A stretch of DNA of 64,000 nt from an uncultured Candidatus Actinomarina sp. (GCA_902599555.1 CACKFQ010000001.1:83204-147203); one strand, 5' to 3'. Numbered from the stretch's first letter, positions 9,317 to 18,584 are shown. The notes: generated by a model from the letters alone, not told the origin. Made by a program: numbers and translations.

Positions 9317-11030
9317 CTAAATTCCAAGCTGAAAATAATTGTTTATAAATTTCATTGTTTACAAGTAAAGTTTCATGTTTGTCAAAACCAACTAATTTTC
9401 CTTCACTCATTACAAGTATCTTTTCTGCGTTTAAAATAGTTTCCAGTCTATGTGCAATAACAACAGATGTTTGATAATCAAGTAATGTATCAGTTGCATC
9501 AAGAATGGAACTTTCAGATTCAATATCTAAGTTAGCTGTAGCCTCATCGAATACAATAATTTGTCTTTTTGCTAACACTGCTCTAAGTAAAGCAATAAAC
9601 TGTCTCTCTCCTGACGAAACATTTGCTCCTCTTTCTCCTACGTCTTGTTCTAACCCATCTTCATATCTTTCAAACCAATCGATCAAACCAATATTTTCTA
9701 ACTCATTTTTTAAATCTATTTTTTCAGGATTTGAGTAAATTAAATTATCTCGAATTGAACCTCTAAATAAAAAACTTTCCTGAGGAACGTAAGCAATATT
9801 TTTCCTTGCCCACTCTTCTGATATGTCTTTTGAAGATTCACCATAAAACTTTACATCCCCTTTATTTGGTAGATAAAATCTTAAAATTAATTTTGCAATA
9901 GTGCTTTTTCCAGCTCCTGTTTCGCCAACAATAGCGATTTTTTCTCCTCTATCGATTGAGAAAGAAACATCGTGAAGTACAGTTTCTCTACCATATGAAA
10001 ATTCAACATTTTCGAATTTAATTACATTATTTGAATCTACTTCTGGCGAAAGGGTTCCCGTTTTACTCAATACAGGCTCTTCATCTAAAATTGAAAAAAC
10101 TTTCTTCATTGAAGAGCCTGCAGACCTTAAAAGATCATAGTTAAAAGAAAGTTGAATTAGAGGATCGAAAAAATAATTTAAATAAAACAATAATGCAACC
10201 AGTTCACCAACCGTTAATGTACCCTGCTCTATTCTTGCAGCTGCAAACCAAATAACTACCGCGATTGAGGTGACTCTTGTAATCTCTAAAAAAGGAAAGT
10301 ATATTGCAATATTTTTAGCGGACTGCATATTTGCTTTTAGGTGCTCATTATTAACTTCTTTAAATCTTTTTAATTGCTTGGATTCATCAGCGTAAGCTTG
10401 AATAATTCTTACACCTGATATTCCCTCTTGTAGAGATGATAAGACTTGTCCTATCCACTCCCTCACTGACCAGTATGTTTTATCGGCATGGTTTCTAAAT
10501 ATTTTGGTTGCAATTCCAAGTAACGGAAGAATCAGAAATGATAACAACGAAAGCTGTACGTCTACCAAAAATACGGCAATGGTAGCACCAAATATGGTGA
10601 GTAAAGAAGTCAAAATACTACTAGCTCCTTCCCTTGCAAATTCATTCAAGCTTTGCATGTCAGAAGTCATTCTTGCCACCAGTACTCCGGTTTTATTTTT
10701 TTCAAAATAATTAATATCCAAAGATGACAAATGTCTAAATAATTTTTCTCTTATGCTTTTTACATAAGACTCACCAACAAGGCCAATAGAAAGAAGTGCC
10801 TTACTTGTCACGAAATACAACACAACAAGTGTTAAGAAATAAAAGAGGCACTGAACAAGTAAGTACTGATAGTCATACTGCATTACACCATTGTCAATTC
10901 CTCTGGATATTAACTGTGGACCAATCATACGTACACCAGTTCCAACCATTGCAATCATTGAAGCAAAGAAGAAGGGTCTATGAACGTCTGGTACTAGTTT
11001 GAATGATCTTAAAAAGGTGTTCTCTTTCAT
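9309..11030 (-). CDS. ABC exporter, fused permease/ATPase half-transporter
   Basis: Six-TM N-terminal domain plus a C-terminal NBD with GETGAGKST and LSGGERQ. Paired with the upstream paralog, this suggests a heterodimeric exporter. Confidence 0.85.
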   Translation of the reverse strand: MKENTFLRSFKLVPDVHRPFFFASMIAMVGTGVRMIGPQLISRGIDNGVMQYDYQYLLVQCLFYFLTLVVLYFVTSKALLSIGLVGESYVKSIREKLFRHLSSLDINYFEKNKTGVLVARMTSDMQSLNEFAREGASSILTSLLTIFGATIAVFLVDVQLSLLSFLILPLLGIATKIFRNHADKTYWSVREWIGQVLSSLQEGISGVRIIQAYADESKQLKRFKEVNNEHLKANMQSAKNIAIYFPFLEITRVTSIAVVIWFAAARIEQGTLTVGELVALLFYLNYFFDPLIQLSFNYDLLRSAGSSMKKVFSILDEEPVLSKTGTLSPEVDSNNVIKFENVEFSYGRETVLHDVSFSIDRGEKIAIVGETGAGKSTIAKLILRFYLPNKGDVKFYGESSKDISEEWARKNIAYVPQESFLFRGSIRDNLIYSNPEKIDLKNELENIGLIDWFERYEDGLEQDVGERGANVSSGERQFIALLRAVLAKRQIIVFDEATANLDIESESSILDATDTLLDYQTSVVIAHRLETILNAEKILVMSEGKLVGFDKHETLLVNNEIYKQLFSAWNLVN

Positions 11031-11032
11031 AT

Positions 11033-12832
11033 CTATAACTCCGAAGTTTGATTCTCTAGAAACAAAGACTTGTAAGTATCTACTGAATCCATAAGCTCTT
11101 GATGTTTTCCTTGGGCTTTAACTTTTCCATTTTCTAGAAATACCACTTCATCACAGAGCTCAATTGTTGGGACTCTATTTGTTATTATTAAAGTCGTCAT
11201 ATTTGACATTACTTGATTCAATTCATTTCGAATCTCTTCTTCAGTACTAGCATCTACAGCTGAAAGGGCATCATCAAGAATAAGAACACGTGGCTTTCTT
11301 AAAATAGCTCGAGCTAGTGCAATCCTTTGCCTCTGGCCTCCAGACAAACCATAACCTCTTTCACCCACCTTTGTTTCATAAGATTCTGGAAGTTGTGAAA
11401 TAAAATCATGCGCTCTAGCAATAAGTGCTGCATCTTCTATCTCTTCTTGTGATGCATCTTCTAATCCAAGCGAAATGTTTTCTCCTGCCGTATTAGAAAA
11501 TAAAAAACTTTCTTCAAAAGCAAGGCTTACATTACTTCTTAAATTACTCAACCTTAAGTTCTTAATGTCTACTCCATCAATTTCGATAGATCCGGACTCA
11601 ATTTCGTACAATCTTGGAAGTAGATACGCTAATGTAGATTTTCCAGAACCTGTAGAACCTACTATTGCTACAGTTTTTTTACCCTCAATTTCTAGGGTGA
11701 GGTCATCAAATATTTTATCATTTCCATACTTAAAATTCACTTTTGAAAATTTTAATGACCCATCTCCATCTTGAGGTAACTCATTAGGCGATTCATCATC
11801 TGTGATTGTTGGTGTTTCGTTAAGTAGCTCGAGAATTCTATTTCCTGCTGCAACACTTGAAGGTATTTCAGATAAAAACCAAGCTGTAATTCTTAGAGGC
11901 CAAATTAACAAGAAAACATATTGTGTAAAAGCAATAAATTCACCAAGAGAGAGAAAATTATTAATTGTTAAATAACCTCCCAAAAGTAACACTGCGAGTG
12001 TTATGACCATTGGTATCAGTTCAAATAAAGGAACAAATCTTGTTCTTAACTTAAGGTAACCAAGTGAAGTGTCATAAATTTTTTGTACAGCATCTTCTAC
12101 TCTATTTGAAGCTTGCTCTTCATTTCCAAATGCTTTTACAACCCTAATTCCACCAAGCTGCTCCTCAACTTCAGTGGTCATATTTGCTTCTGCCTCTTTT
12201 ACTTTCAAAGAAACACCCATAGCTTTTGAAGAAAAGTTAGAAGCTAACCACAAAACAGCTGGAATAGATAGCAACACTATGCCCCCAAGTGGAAGGCTCA
12301 AGCTTAATAATGTCACGCTTAAGATAAAAAGTAGAAATATATTAGCGGATGCGAGTGGTGCAATAGCAAAAGCTAGCCTTACTTGTGATGCGTCACTAGA
12401 GGCTCTTGCCATTAAATCTCCTGTTGGTACTTGATCGTGGTAATTAAATGCAAGTTTTTGCATATGTGTAAAAATTCGATTCCTAATTCCAGCTTCTACA
12501 TTATAAGAAACATCCATACTAAAGTATCTTCTTGTACCGATTGAAATTGCTCTTGTATATCCTGCGATAACCATAAAAGAAATAAATACAATTACAGCTC
12601 TTTGATTTTCAGCAACAATACCGTCGTCAATAATTCTTTTAATTAAATATGGTTGAATAATTACTAAAAAACACCAAAGAAGAGCTGAAATATTGGAAAT
12701 ATAAAAGCTTTTTTTGTTTTCTTTTATACCTTCTATAAAAAAAGATATTGCTTTTCTAAATTCTGGTGTTTTAAAGACTTTAAACATGTTTACCCATAAT
12801 AATTGGGTAAAAAATTTAAAATAATGGACCAA
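11033..12832 (-). CDS. ABC exporter, fused permease/ATPase half-transporter
   Basis: Six-TM domain plus an NBD with GSTGSGKST, LSGGQRQR and ILILDDALSAVD. Confidence 0.85.
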   Translation of the reverse strand: MVHYFKFFTQLLWVNMFKVFKTPEFRKAISFFIEGIKENKKSFYISNISALLWCFLVIIQPYLIKRIIDDGIVAENQRAVIVFISFMVIAGYTRAISIGTRRYFSMDVSYNVEAGIRNRIFTHMQKLAFNYHDQVPTGDLMARASSDASQVRLAFAIAPLASANIFLLFILSVTLLSLSLPLGGIVLLSIPAVLWLASNFSSKAMGVSLKVKEAEANMTTEVEEQLGGIRVVKAFGNEEQASNRVEDAVQKIYDTSLGYLKLRTRFVPLFELIPMVITLAVLLLGGYLTINNFLSLGEFIAFTQYVFLLIWPLRITAWFLSEIPSSVAAGNRILELLNETPTITDDESPNELPQDGDGSLKFSKVNFKYGNDKIFDDLTLEIEGKKTVAIVGSTGSGKSTLAYLLPRLYEIESGSIEIDGVDIKNLRLSNLRSNVSLAFEESFLFSNTAGENISLGLEDASQEEIEDAALIARAHDFISQLPESYETKVGERGYGLSGGQRQRIALARAILRKPRVLILDDALSAVDASTEEEIRNELNQVMSNMTTLIITNRVPTIELCDEVVFLENGKVKAQGKHQELMDSVDTYKSLFLENQTSEL

Positions 12833-12874
12833 ATACTTTGTGCATTATTTCACAAGCGTATTATGGTAACCGTT

Positions 12875-14392
12875 ATGAGTGATGTATTAGACAAAAAAAT
12901 TGAGAATGTTTTAGATCAAGCTGATCGAATGTTTATAGCTACAAGTGTAGGAGGAAACTCTTCTGGAGCTTCTGTATTTTTTAGTAGAGATGGAGAGGAT
13001 TTAGTTTTCTTTACATTCCACCCTACCCGCAAAGCTGAGCAAATTAGATTAAACCCCAGAGTGCACGTTGTAATTTGGCCAAAAGGCCAAGAAGGAATCG
13101 AAGGATTACAAATTGATGGAGAGTGCTACAAGATTAAAGATGAGGATGAGAAGAAAAGAGCTTACGAATTAGTCTTAAATACAACAGAAGCTTTTAAAGA
13201 GTTCATGGAAGATGAGTTTTTAATCAAAAATGATGTTGTCGGTTATTACAGAATAAAACCAACAACTATTAAATATGTAAACTTTTACCAAGAAGAAAAG
13301 TTTGAGTGGAAGACATATCCTGCAAATAAGACATCCGCAGTAGAAATGGCTTTTAAACTCGGATTAAAAAGAATTGGACTCTGGCTTAGGACAATTCGTG
13401 CACCATTTTTGACAGCTACTTTTGCCCCAATTTTTATTGGTGCAGCAGTTGCATGGAATGATTTAAAAGATGCTGGTTTAGATTCAAGTTGGTCATGGAG
13501 AATGTTTTGGCTTGTTCTTGGTGGAGCATCACTAGCTCAAGTTGCTACAAACGCATCGAATGATTATTTCGATCATACCTCTAACGCCGACGAAATAAAT
13601 AAGGTCGCAAGTCCATTTAATGGTGGTAGTAGGGTTATACAAGTTGGCTTAATGACACCTGGACAAGTTCTTTTAACTGCATTAGTTAGTATTGCTGGAA
13701 CTGTTGCCATTGGTCTTCATTTAAATCAACAAGTTAGTGGAGAGTTTTTTGGCAATACTCCAATTTTATGGACAGGTATAATTGGAACATTTTTAGCACT
13801 TGGTTATACAGGTGACCCAGTAAGACTTGGATACAAAGGTTTCGGAGAAATCGCAATTGCACTTGGATTTGGTCCGGTAATGGTAATGGGTGCACATTAT
13901 GTACTGACAGCATCAATTCATAACAATGTGATTTCAGAATGGAATTGGATTGAAGCATTGATTGCATCTGTTCCAATAGCAATTCTCGTAATGCTAATTG
14001 TCTGGATTAATCAGTTTCAAGATGCTCCTTCTGATGCTGCAGTTGGAAAAAACACTTGGGTTGTGAGAACTGCAGAACAAGGTGAGTGGATGAAGCTTGA
14101 AAAACCAATGAAGTTGTATAAGCAATTCATGATCGAGGCATTTGTTGCAGTTGCGTTTGTAGGTGCTATAAGTTTTTTCACAGATTACGGTACAGTTTAT
14201 GCTTTCATGGCGTTACTCCCCTTAGCGCTTGTTTGGAAAGCTTTTAAGATGGCAGATGAATGGATGATTAAGTGGAATAATCCTGATGCTGATCGTCAAA
14301 AAGTTCCTTATGAGCTTCTTTTAGTAAATGTATCTACAATAGGAATCCATTTCCTTACAGGTATTTTGCTAGCAGTGGCATACATTCTCTAA
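12875..14392 (+). CDS. Fusion protein: N-terminal PNPOx-like FMN-binding split-barrel domain plus C-terminal UbiA-family polyprenyltransferase (MenA-like). The ORF opens at 12803, but the start is probably 12863-12875 to avoid overlap with the divergent ABC gene.
   Basis: The N-terminal ~150 aa resemble the pyridoxamine-5'-phosphate-oxidase-like fold. The C-terminal part has 8-9 TM helices with UbiA Asp-rich motifs NDYFDHTSNAD and QDAPSDAAVGK. It lies directly upstream of a UbiE/MenG methyltransferase. Confidence 0.65.
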   Translation: MSDVLDKKIENVLDQADRMFIATSVGGNSSGASVFFSRDGEDLVFFTFHPTRKAEQIRLNPRVHVVIWPKGQEGIEGLQIDGECYKIKDEDEKKRAYELVLNTTEAFKEFMEDEFLIKNDVVGYYRIKPTTIKYVNFYQEEKFEWKTYPANKTSAVEMAFKLGLKRIGLWLRTIRAPFLTATFAPIFIGAAVAWNDLKDAGLDSSWSWRMFWLVLGGASLAQVATNASNDYFDHTSNADEINKVASPFNGGSRVIQVGLMTPGQVLLTALVSIAGTVAIGLHLNQQVSGEFFGNTPILWTGIIGTFLALGYTGDPVRLGYKGFGEIAIALGFGPVMVMGAHYVLTASIHNNVISEWNWIEALIASVPIAILVMLIVWINQFQDAPSDAAVGKNTWVVRTAEQGEWMKLEKPMKLYKQFMIEAFVAVAFVGAISFFTDYGTVYAFMALLPLALVWKAFKMADEWMIKWNNPDADRQKVPYELLLVNVSTIGIHFLTGILLAVAYIL

Positions 14393-15016
14393 TTGGCTGA
14401 AAAAGCTAACTTTTCAAACATATATAAGTTTTATGACTTTATTAATTCCGTCATAACATTTGGATTTGATAAATCTTGGAGAAAAAAAGCTAGTAATCAA
14501 ATAACTGGAACAAGAGTTCTAGATCTTGGAAGTGGAACTGGTGCAGCTTTTCAACAGCTTCAAAACCTCGAAGTAATAGCGATTGACCCTGACGAAAAGA
14601 TGCTCCAACTTAATAAATTTAAAAATAAAATTATTGGTGGTGCTGAAAACCTTCCGTTTCCAGATAACTCTTTTGACAGTGTTTATTGTGCTTTTGTATG
14701 GAGAAATGTAAACGAACCAACAAAAGGAATTGAGGAGGTATATAGAGTTTTACGACCAGGTGGAAAGTTTATTCTTCTTGATATGACCAGACCTAAAAAT
14801 AACTTTCTTAAATTACTGCATAAGATAGGCACATTCAAAGTTACTTTGTTAATAGGGTTATTAACTTTTAACCTAAAAGAGTACAGATTTCTTCACAGTT
14901 CATTAGATAAATACCCCCAACCTGAAAAATATTTTCAAACCCACCCTTTCCAATATTGCAATATAGAAAGAATGGGCTTGTTTAAATTTGTCTACCTAGC
15001 GGTGCTTACTAAATAA
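14393..15016 (+). CDS. menG: Demethylmenaquinone/ubiquinone methyltransferase (UbiE/MenG family); TTG start
   Basis: YDFINSVITFGFDKSWRKK resembles the UbiE YD.MND.MSFG.HR.WK N-terminal motif. It has the SAM motif VLDLGSGTG and RVLRPGGKFILLD. Confidence 0.75.
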   Translation: MAEKANFSNIYKFYDFINSVITFGFDKSWRKKASNQITGTRVLDLGSGTGAAFQQLQNLEVIAIDPDEKMLQLNKFKNKIIGGAENLPFPDNSFDSVYCAFVWRNVNEPTKGIEEVYRVLRPGGKFILLDMTRPKNNFLKLLHKIGTFKVTLLIGLLTFNLKEYRFLHSSLDKYPQPEKYFQTHPFQYCNIERMGLFKFVYLAVLTK

Positions 15017-15017
15017 A

Positions 15018-15620
15018 TTACTGATTAGCTAAAGCTACAAGAAGTTGTCCAACTTGATCCTGTGGAAGGTTTCCTGTTCTTCTTGCAACAACATTTAAAT
15101 CTTTATCTAAAAACACCCAGTAAGGAAATGCGTTTAACCCATAAGCAGTGGCAATCTCTTTATCGAGGTCATATAACTGAGGTTCAGACCAACCTTCTCT
15201 AGCCAGCCAATCGTGTGGAGGATAATTATCCCTTGCTCTATCAATTGAAGTTGCAACCGCTATTAAATCTATACCATCTGGTACACCAATTAGATCTACA
15301 TATTCTTGGACTACAGGTACTTCTTTCTGGCAGTATCCACACCAGTGAGCAAGAAAGATTAATGCTTTAGCGTTACCATTCTTCTCGATTGTTACAATCT
15401 CTGAGTTTTGATTAGGTGCAGAGAAAGTTGGAGCAGCCAAACCTCTAGCAATATTGTCATCATTTTCTGATGCAAACTCTGGAAGAAAATCACCATTTAC
15501 TGTTGTTTCACCTTCAGGCAAGTTACCATCTAAAGGTTCATCGACAAGTGTTACACCAATAGCAACCGCTAATCCAATTGCTAGAACTACTCCACCAGCG
15601 ATTAAAAAGTTTTTATTCAA
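15018..15620 (-). CDS. Membrane-anchored thiol-disulfide oxidoreductase, TlpA/ResA family
   Basis: N-terminal TM helix, thioredoxin fold and a WCGYCQ active site. Confidence 0.8.
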   Translation of the reverse strand: MNKNFLIAGGVVLAIGLAVAIGVTLVDEPLDGNLPEGETTVNGDFLPEFASENDDNIARGLAAPTFSAPNQNSEIVTIEKNGNAKALIFLAHWCGYCQKEVPVVQEYVDLIGVPDGIDLIAVATSIDRARDNYPPHDWLAREGWSEPQLYDLDKEIATAYGLNAFPYWVFLDKDLNVVARRTGNLPQDQVGQLLVALANQ

Positions 15621-16131
15621 CTATTTCCTTCCTCGATAAATCATAATACAACAGGGCTAAAAATATCGTTAAAAATCCTGTAGAGGCCATTACAGGTATC
15701 GATATAAATCCAAAGATATCAACATATTTTAGATTACATGGCACGTCTATAGCGCAGGATCCTCCTCCGCCTCCACCATTTTGAAGGTAAATATGATATG
15801 CACCTATTCCAACACCTACAAGGCTTAAATATCCCGCACGAATAAATTTTTTATTAAATAAACCAATGATCAATATTAAAGCAATAGGATACATTAAATA
15901 ACGTTGATACCAACAAAATTTACATGGAATAAATCCAACAACTTCTGAATAGACCAAACTTCCAATAGAACAGACAATTGCTACTAATGTTGCAAAGTTA
16001 TAAAACTGATCATTTATTACTTTGCTAAACCGTTTTTCTGTAAAAATAATAAATAATATTAGTAAACAAATAGCCCAGGCAACAAATGTAAAGAAACCAA
16101 ATAAAGTATTAAAAAAAACAATTAAGTCCAT
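15613..16131 (-). CDS. Disulfide bond formation protein B (DsbB/BdbC family)
   Basis: Four TM helices. The first Cys pair CKFCWYQRY is the DsbB signature. The second pair is in a loop GGGGGGSCAIDVPC. Confidence 0.7.
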   Translation of the reverse strand: MDLIVFFNTLFGFFTFVAWAICLLILFIIFTEKRFSKVINDQFYNFATLVAIVCSIGSLVYSEVVGFIPCKFCWYQRYLMYPIALILIIGLFNKKFIRAGYLSLVGVGIGAYHIYLQNGGGGGGSCAIDVPCNLKYVDIFGFISIPVMASTGFLTIFLALLYYDLSRKEIVE

Positions 16132-16145
16132 AAAGAATTTTACCC

Positions 16146-16179
16146 TAAAAAAAATGATAGGCGGTCATTGCCGCCTATC
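16146..16179 (-). terminator. Rho-independent terminator of the rhodopsin gene
   Basis: On the minus strand a 9-bp GC-rich stem (GATAGGCGG / CCGCCTATC) with a 6-nt loop is followed by ATTTTTTTT. It lies 25-60 nt downstream of the rhodopsin stop. Confidence 0.75.
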
Positions 16180-16204
16180 ATTAAAGTTTTTGTATGAAAA
16201 AGTT

Positions 16205-16864
16205 TTAGACTTTTTCTCCTGACTTGATTCTTGCCATTCCAAGTACCAATACACCAAGACCGACTTTATTAATTATGTCAGCAATTGTGTAAAGAACTTC
16301 TCTAATAGCATCAAAGTCGCCTGCTACTGGAGCTAAATAACCTAATGGATAGATTATCCAACCAACAAGAATGAGATTTTTAATTTTCTCAAACTGATCA
16401 GCTTCTGCAGCTTTAAGTCCTGCACCTTCTGCTTGAAGATTTCTCATCAAGTATGCGTATGCAAGCATAGCTACAACAAATCCAACCCAGTATTGATCAC
16501 TGCCTGCAGATGATGTTTCACCGTAATAACCAGCTCCGATCATCACTGTTGCAGCGAGTCCCCAGTTTCTAACTTTTTCGTTATACTCTGCACCTGAAGA
16601 TGTCACAGCAAGCACCTCTACAAACATTAATGGTACTGTTAGGATCCAGTCGACATATCTTAAGCCTGTATCATAATCTCCACCAGCCCATGAGCCAGTC
16701 ATTTTATTATAGTGATACCAAGCTATTCCTGTCACAAGAGCGGAGATATAAACTCCTCTTCTGTGTTTTGGATCTACTTCTCTTGATGATGCTAGTAAAA
16801 ATACTGTTCCAGCGAGCATACCCACTGTTGCCACCATAAAGAGTCTGTAAGTAAGTTCAGCCAT
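16205..16864 (-). CDS. Microbial rhodopsin, proteorhodopsin/actinorhodopsin-like light-driven proton pump (219 aa)
   Basis: Seven TM helices. Helix C RYVDWILTVPLMFVE carries the D-T-E triad at proteorhodopsin spacing. Helix G has the retinal Schiff-base Lys (DIINKVG). AAGGAG Shine-Dalgarno sits 8 nt upstream. Confidence 0.85.
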   Translation of the reverse strand: MAELTYRLFMVATVGMLAGTVFLLASSREVDPKHRRGVYISALVTGIAWYHYNKMTGSWAGGDYDTGLRYVDWILTVPLMFVEVLAVTSSGAEYNEKVRNWGLAATVMIGAGYYGETSSAGSDQYWVGFVVAMLAYAYLMRNLQAEGAGLKAAEADQFEKIKNLILVGWIIYPLGYLAPVAGDFDAIREVLYTIADIINKVGLGVLVLGMARIKSGEKV

Positions 16865-16895
16865 TTTAGCCTACTCCTTTTGTTTAATTTTTACA

Positions 16896-16913
16896 TTGTG
16901 AAATTGATCACAA
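16896..16913. promoter_or_regulatory. Perfect CRP/FNR-family binding-site palindrome TGTGA-N6-TCACA upstream of the rhodopsin gene
   Basis: tTGTGAaattgaTCACAa at 16897-16912, centred ~40 nt upstream of the rhodopsin ATG, in the 116-nt region between the rhodopsin and photolyase genes. Confidence 0.55.
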
Positions 16914-16980
16914 GATAATGTTATTCATTTTGTGCGTTTGTGAATGTTATTTTAATTTTTTTTTTAAAATCGATGTAACT

Positions 16981-18504
16981 TTATTTTGAAATACTAGTAG
17001 AGACACCTAGCGACTCATTACCCCATTTTTCAAGATAAGGTTTTAAGTTAAACTTTCTAGCTGTTGAGTCAGAAGTCATATATCTAATTTTTCCAAATAT
17101 ACTGCGTTCTGGTCCCCACGCTCTATCATATCTTCCAAGAATCCAGAAAACTCCCGAATAAGAATTTGGATCTCTGCCATCTAAAGAATACCTATCATTA
17201 AGTGTGATCATGTAAGAAAGAGCAATTTGTGGATTTGGTGTCCATTCAAGAATTTTTTTACCCCACAACATTCTTAAATAGTTTTGTATTACACCTTGAG
17301 TTCTTAATTGATTTTGTGCTGCATTCCAGATTTCGTCATGAGTCTGGGAATAAGTTAACTCATCTAGTGAATAAATGTGCTCTCTTTCATCAGAAGAGTG
17401 TTCATGTAAAGTTTTTATAGCCCATTCTGGCAAACTAGAGTACTGATTATAATTAGCACGCCTTACACATGTATGGTAACCAAGCTCTCTCCATGTTATC
17501 AATTCATCCATGAAGCTTTCAAAGTTTTCTGTACTTCCCCACCAGCCTTCTCTTCTTCCAACCATTTTTGGATTTATGGACTCTGGAGACCAAGACTCTA
17601 ATTCAGATATTTTATCAAATACTTCATGAGTAGAGATTTGACCAGAGTGAAAATATGGAGAAAGCTGACTACTTGCTTCTTTTGAAGGATCGCTTCTATA
17701 TTTTGCATAATCTTGATATCCAACTTCGATGAATTTATTTAATTGTTTTATAGCATTTGAATATCCACCTTGTATTGAACTTATCTCAACGGTTTTATCT
17801 ATATCCAAATTTTCAAGAAAATCATCAATATTTTGATTCTTAAAATCATATGGAATCCACTTAGTTTGTACATCTTTAATCAGTGAAGCATCAAATTGTT
17901 TGTTCAAAAAATCCAAAGGATTTTCAAGAGGTGTTTCAATAATAAAATCCTCTAAATTCTTGTGGAGGTACCTTCTAAAGTCATGAGCTCTTACATATTC
18001 TTTTTCTGAGAGCCTTATTGGAACAATGCCGTTTGAGTCAACCAGTTCATACCTTGTATTTATCTCCCCAGAAGCTTTTGCTGTCATTTGAGGCACAAAA
18101 TAAGTTGGGTAATCGTCAGTTATTACTACTGAAGCATGTCTTGAAATTTCTGTCAAAAGCCCTTCAGACTCCCTTGCTGACTGTTCAACAAATGGATAGT
18201 AAAAAGCCTTTGAACCTGAAACTTGTTCGTCTACTTCTTTCATTCCCTCAAGGGTAAACTTATGAAATCGTATACTTGACATGGGATAATCAAGTATCAA
18301 AGGTTCCAAAATTAGCAGTGGCTGAGAAAGTTGATTTGCCCACTCGACTGCTCGCTGTAATGCAAAGTTGTATCCAACCCTTTTAAAGGAAATCATCCAA
18401 TAAACAACATACTTTGAATCTGTTATTGATTCAGGATTTATGTCTTTAAGTGTAGTAACACGTGTAAGTGGAACTTGTACCATACATAGGTATTTTAAAT
18501 TCAA
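16981..18504 (-). CDS. phr: Deoxyribodipyrimidine photolyase, class II CPD type
   Basis: N-terminal YVVYWMISFKR...N.AL motif typical of class II photolyases, ~500 aa, with a C-terminal FAD-binding region with the W-rich motif. Confidence 0.75.
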   Translation of the reverse strand: MNLKYLCMVQVPLTRVTTLKDINPESITDSKYVVYWMISFKRVGYNFALQRAVEWANQLSQPLLILEPLILDYPMSSIRFHKFTLEGMKEVDEQVSGSKAFYYPFVEQSARESEGLLTEISRHASVVITDDYPTYFVPQMTAKASGEINTRYELVDSNGIVPIRLSEKEYVRAHDFRRYLHKNLEDFIIETPLENPLDFLNKQFDASLIKDVQTKWIPYDFKNQNIDDFLENLDIDKTVEISSIQGGYSNAIKQLNKFIEVGYQDYAKYRSDPSKEASSQLSPYFHSGQISTHEVFDKISELESWSPESINPKMVGRREGWWGSTENFESFMDELITWRELGYHTCVRRANYNQYSSLPEWAIKTLHEHSSDEREHIYSLDELTYSQTHDEIWNAAQNQLRTQGVIQNYLRMLWGKKILEWTPNPQIALSYMITLNDRYSLDGRDPNSYSGVFWILGRYDRAWGPERSIFGKIRYMTSDSTARKFNLKPYLEKWGNESLGVSTSISK

Positions 18505-18584
18505 AATTGAATTATTACATAATAATAAGGAGTAAATTAGTTTTAAAATTTCATATTTTTAGCTACACTAAAAAGGTTTAAATT

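Noticed and set aside
12803-12874. Using the first Met of the PNPOx-UbiA ORF (12803) as the start
   Set aside because: It would overlap the divergent ABC transporter gene start (12832) by 30 nt. The internal Met codons at 12863/12875 are more plausible, but the exact start remains uncertain.
16132-16204. Hairpin downstream of rhodopsin interpreted as a regulatory riboswitch-like element
   Set aside because: The structure is a simple GC stem followed by a U-run in gene orientation, the canonical intrinsic terminator, and there is no conserved aptamer-like sequence.
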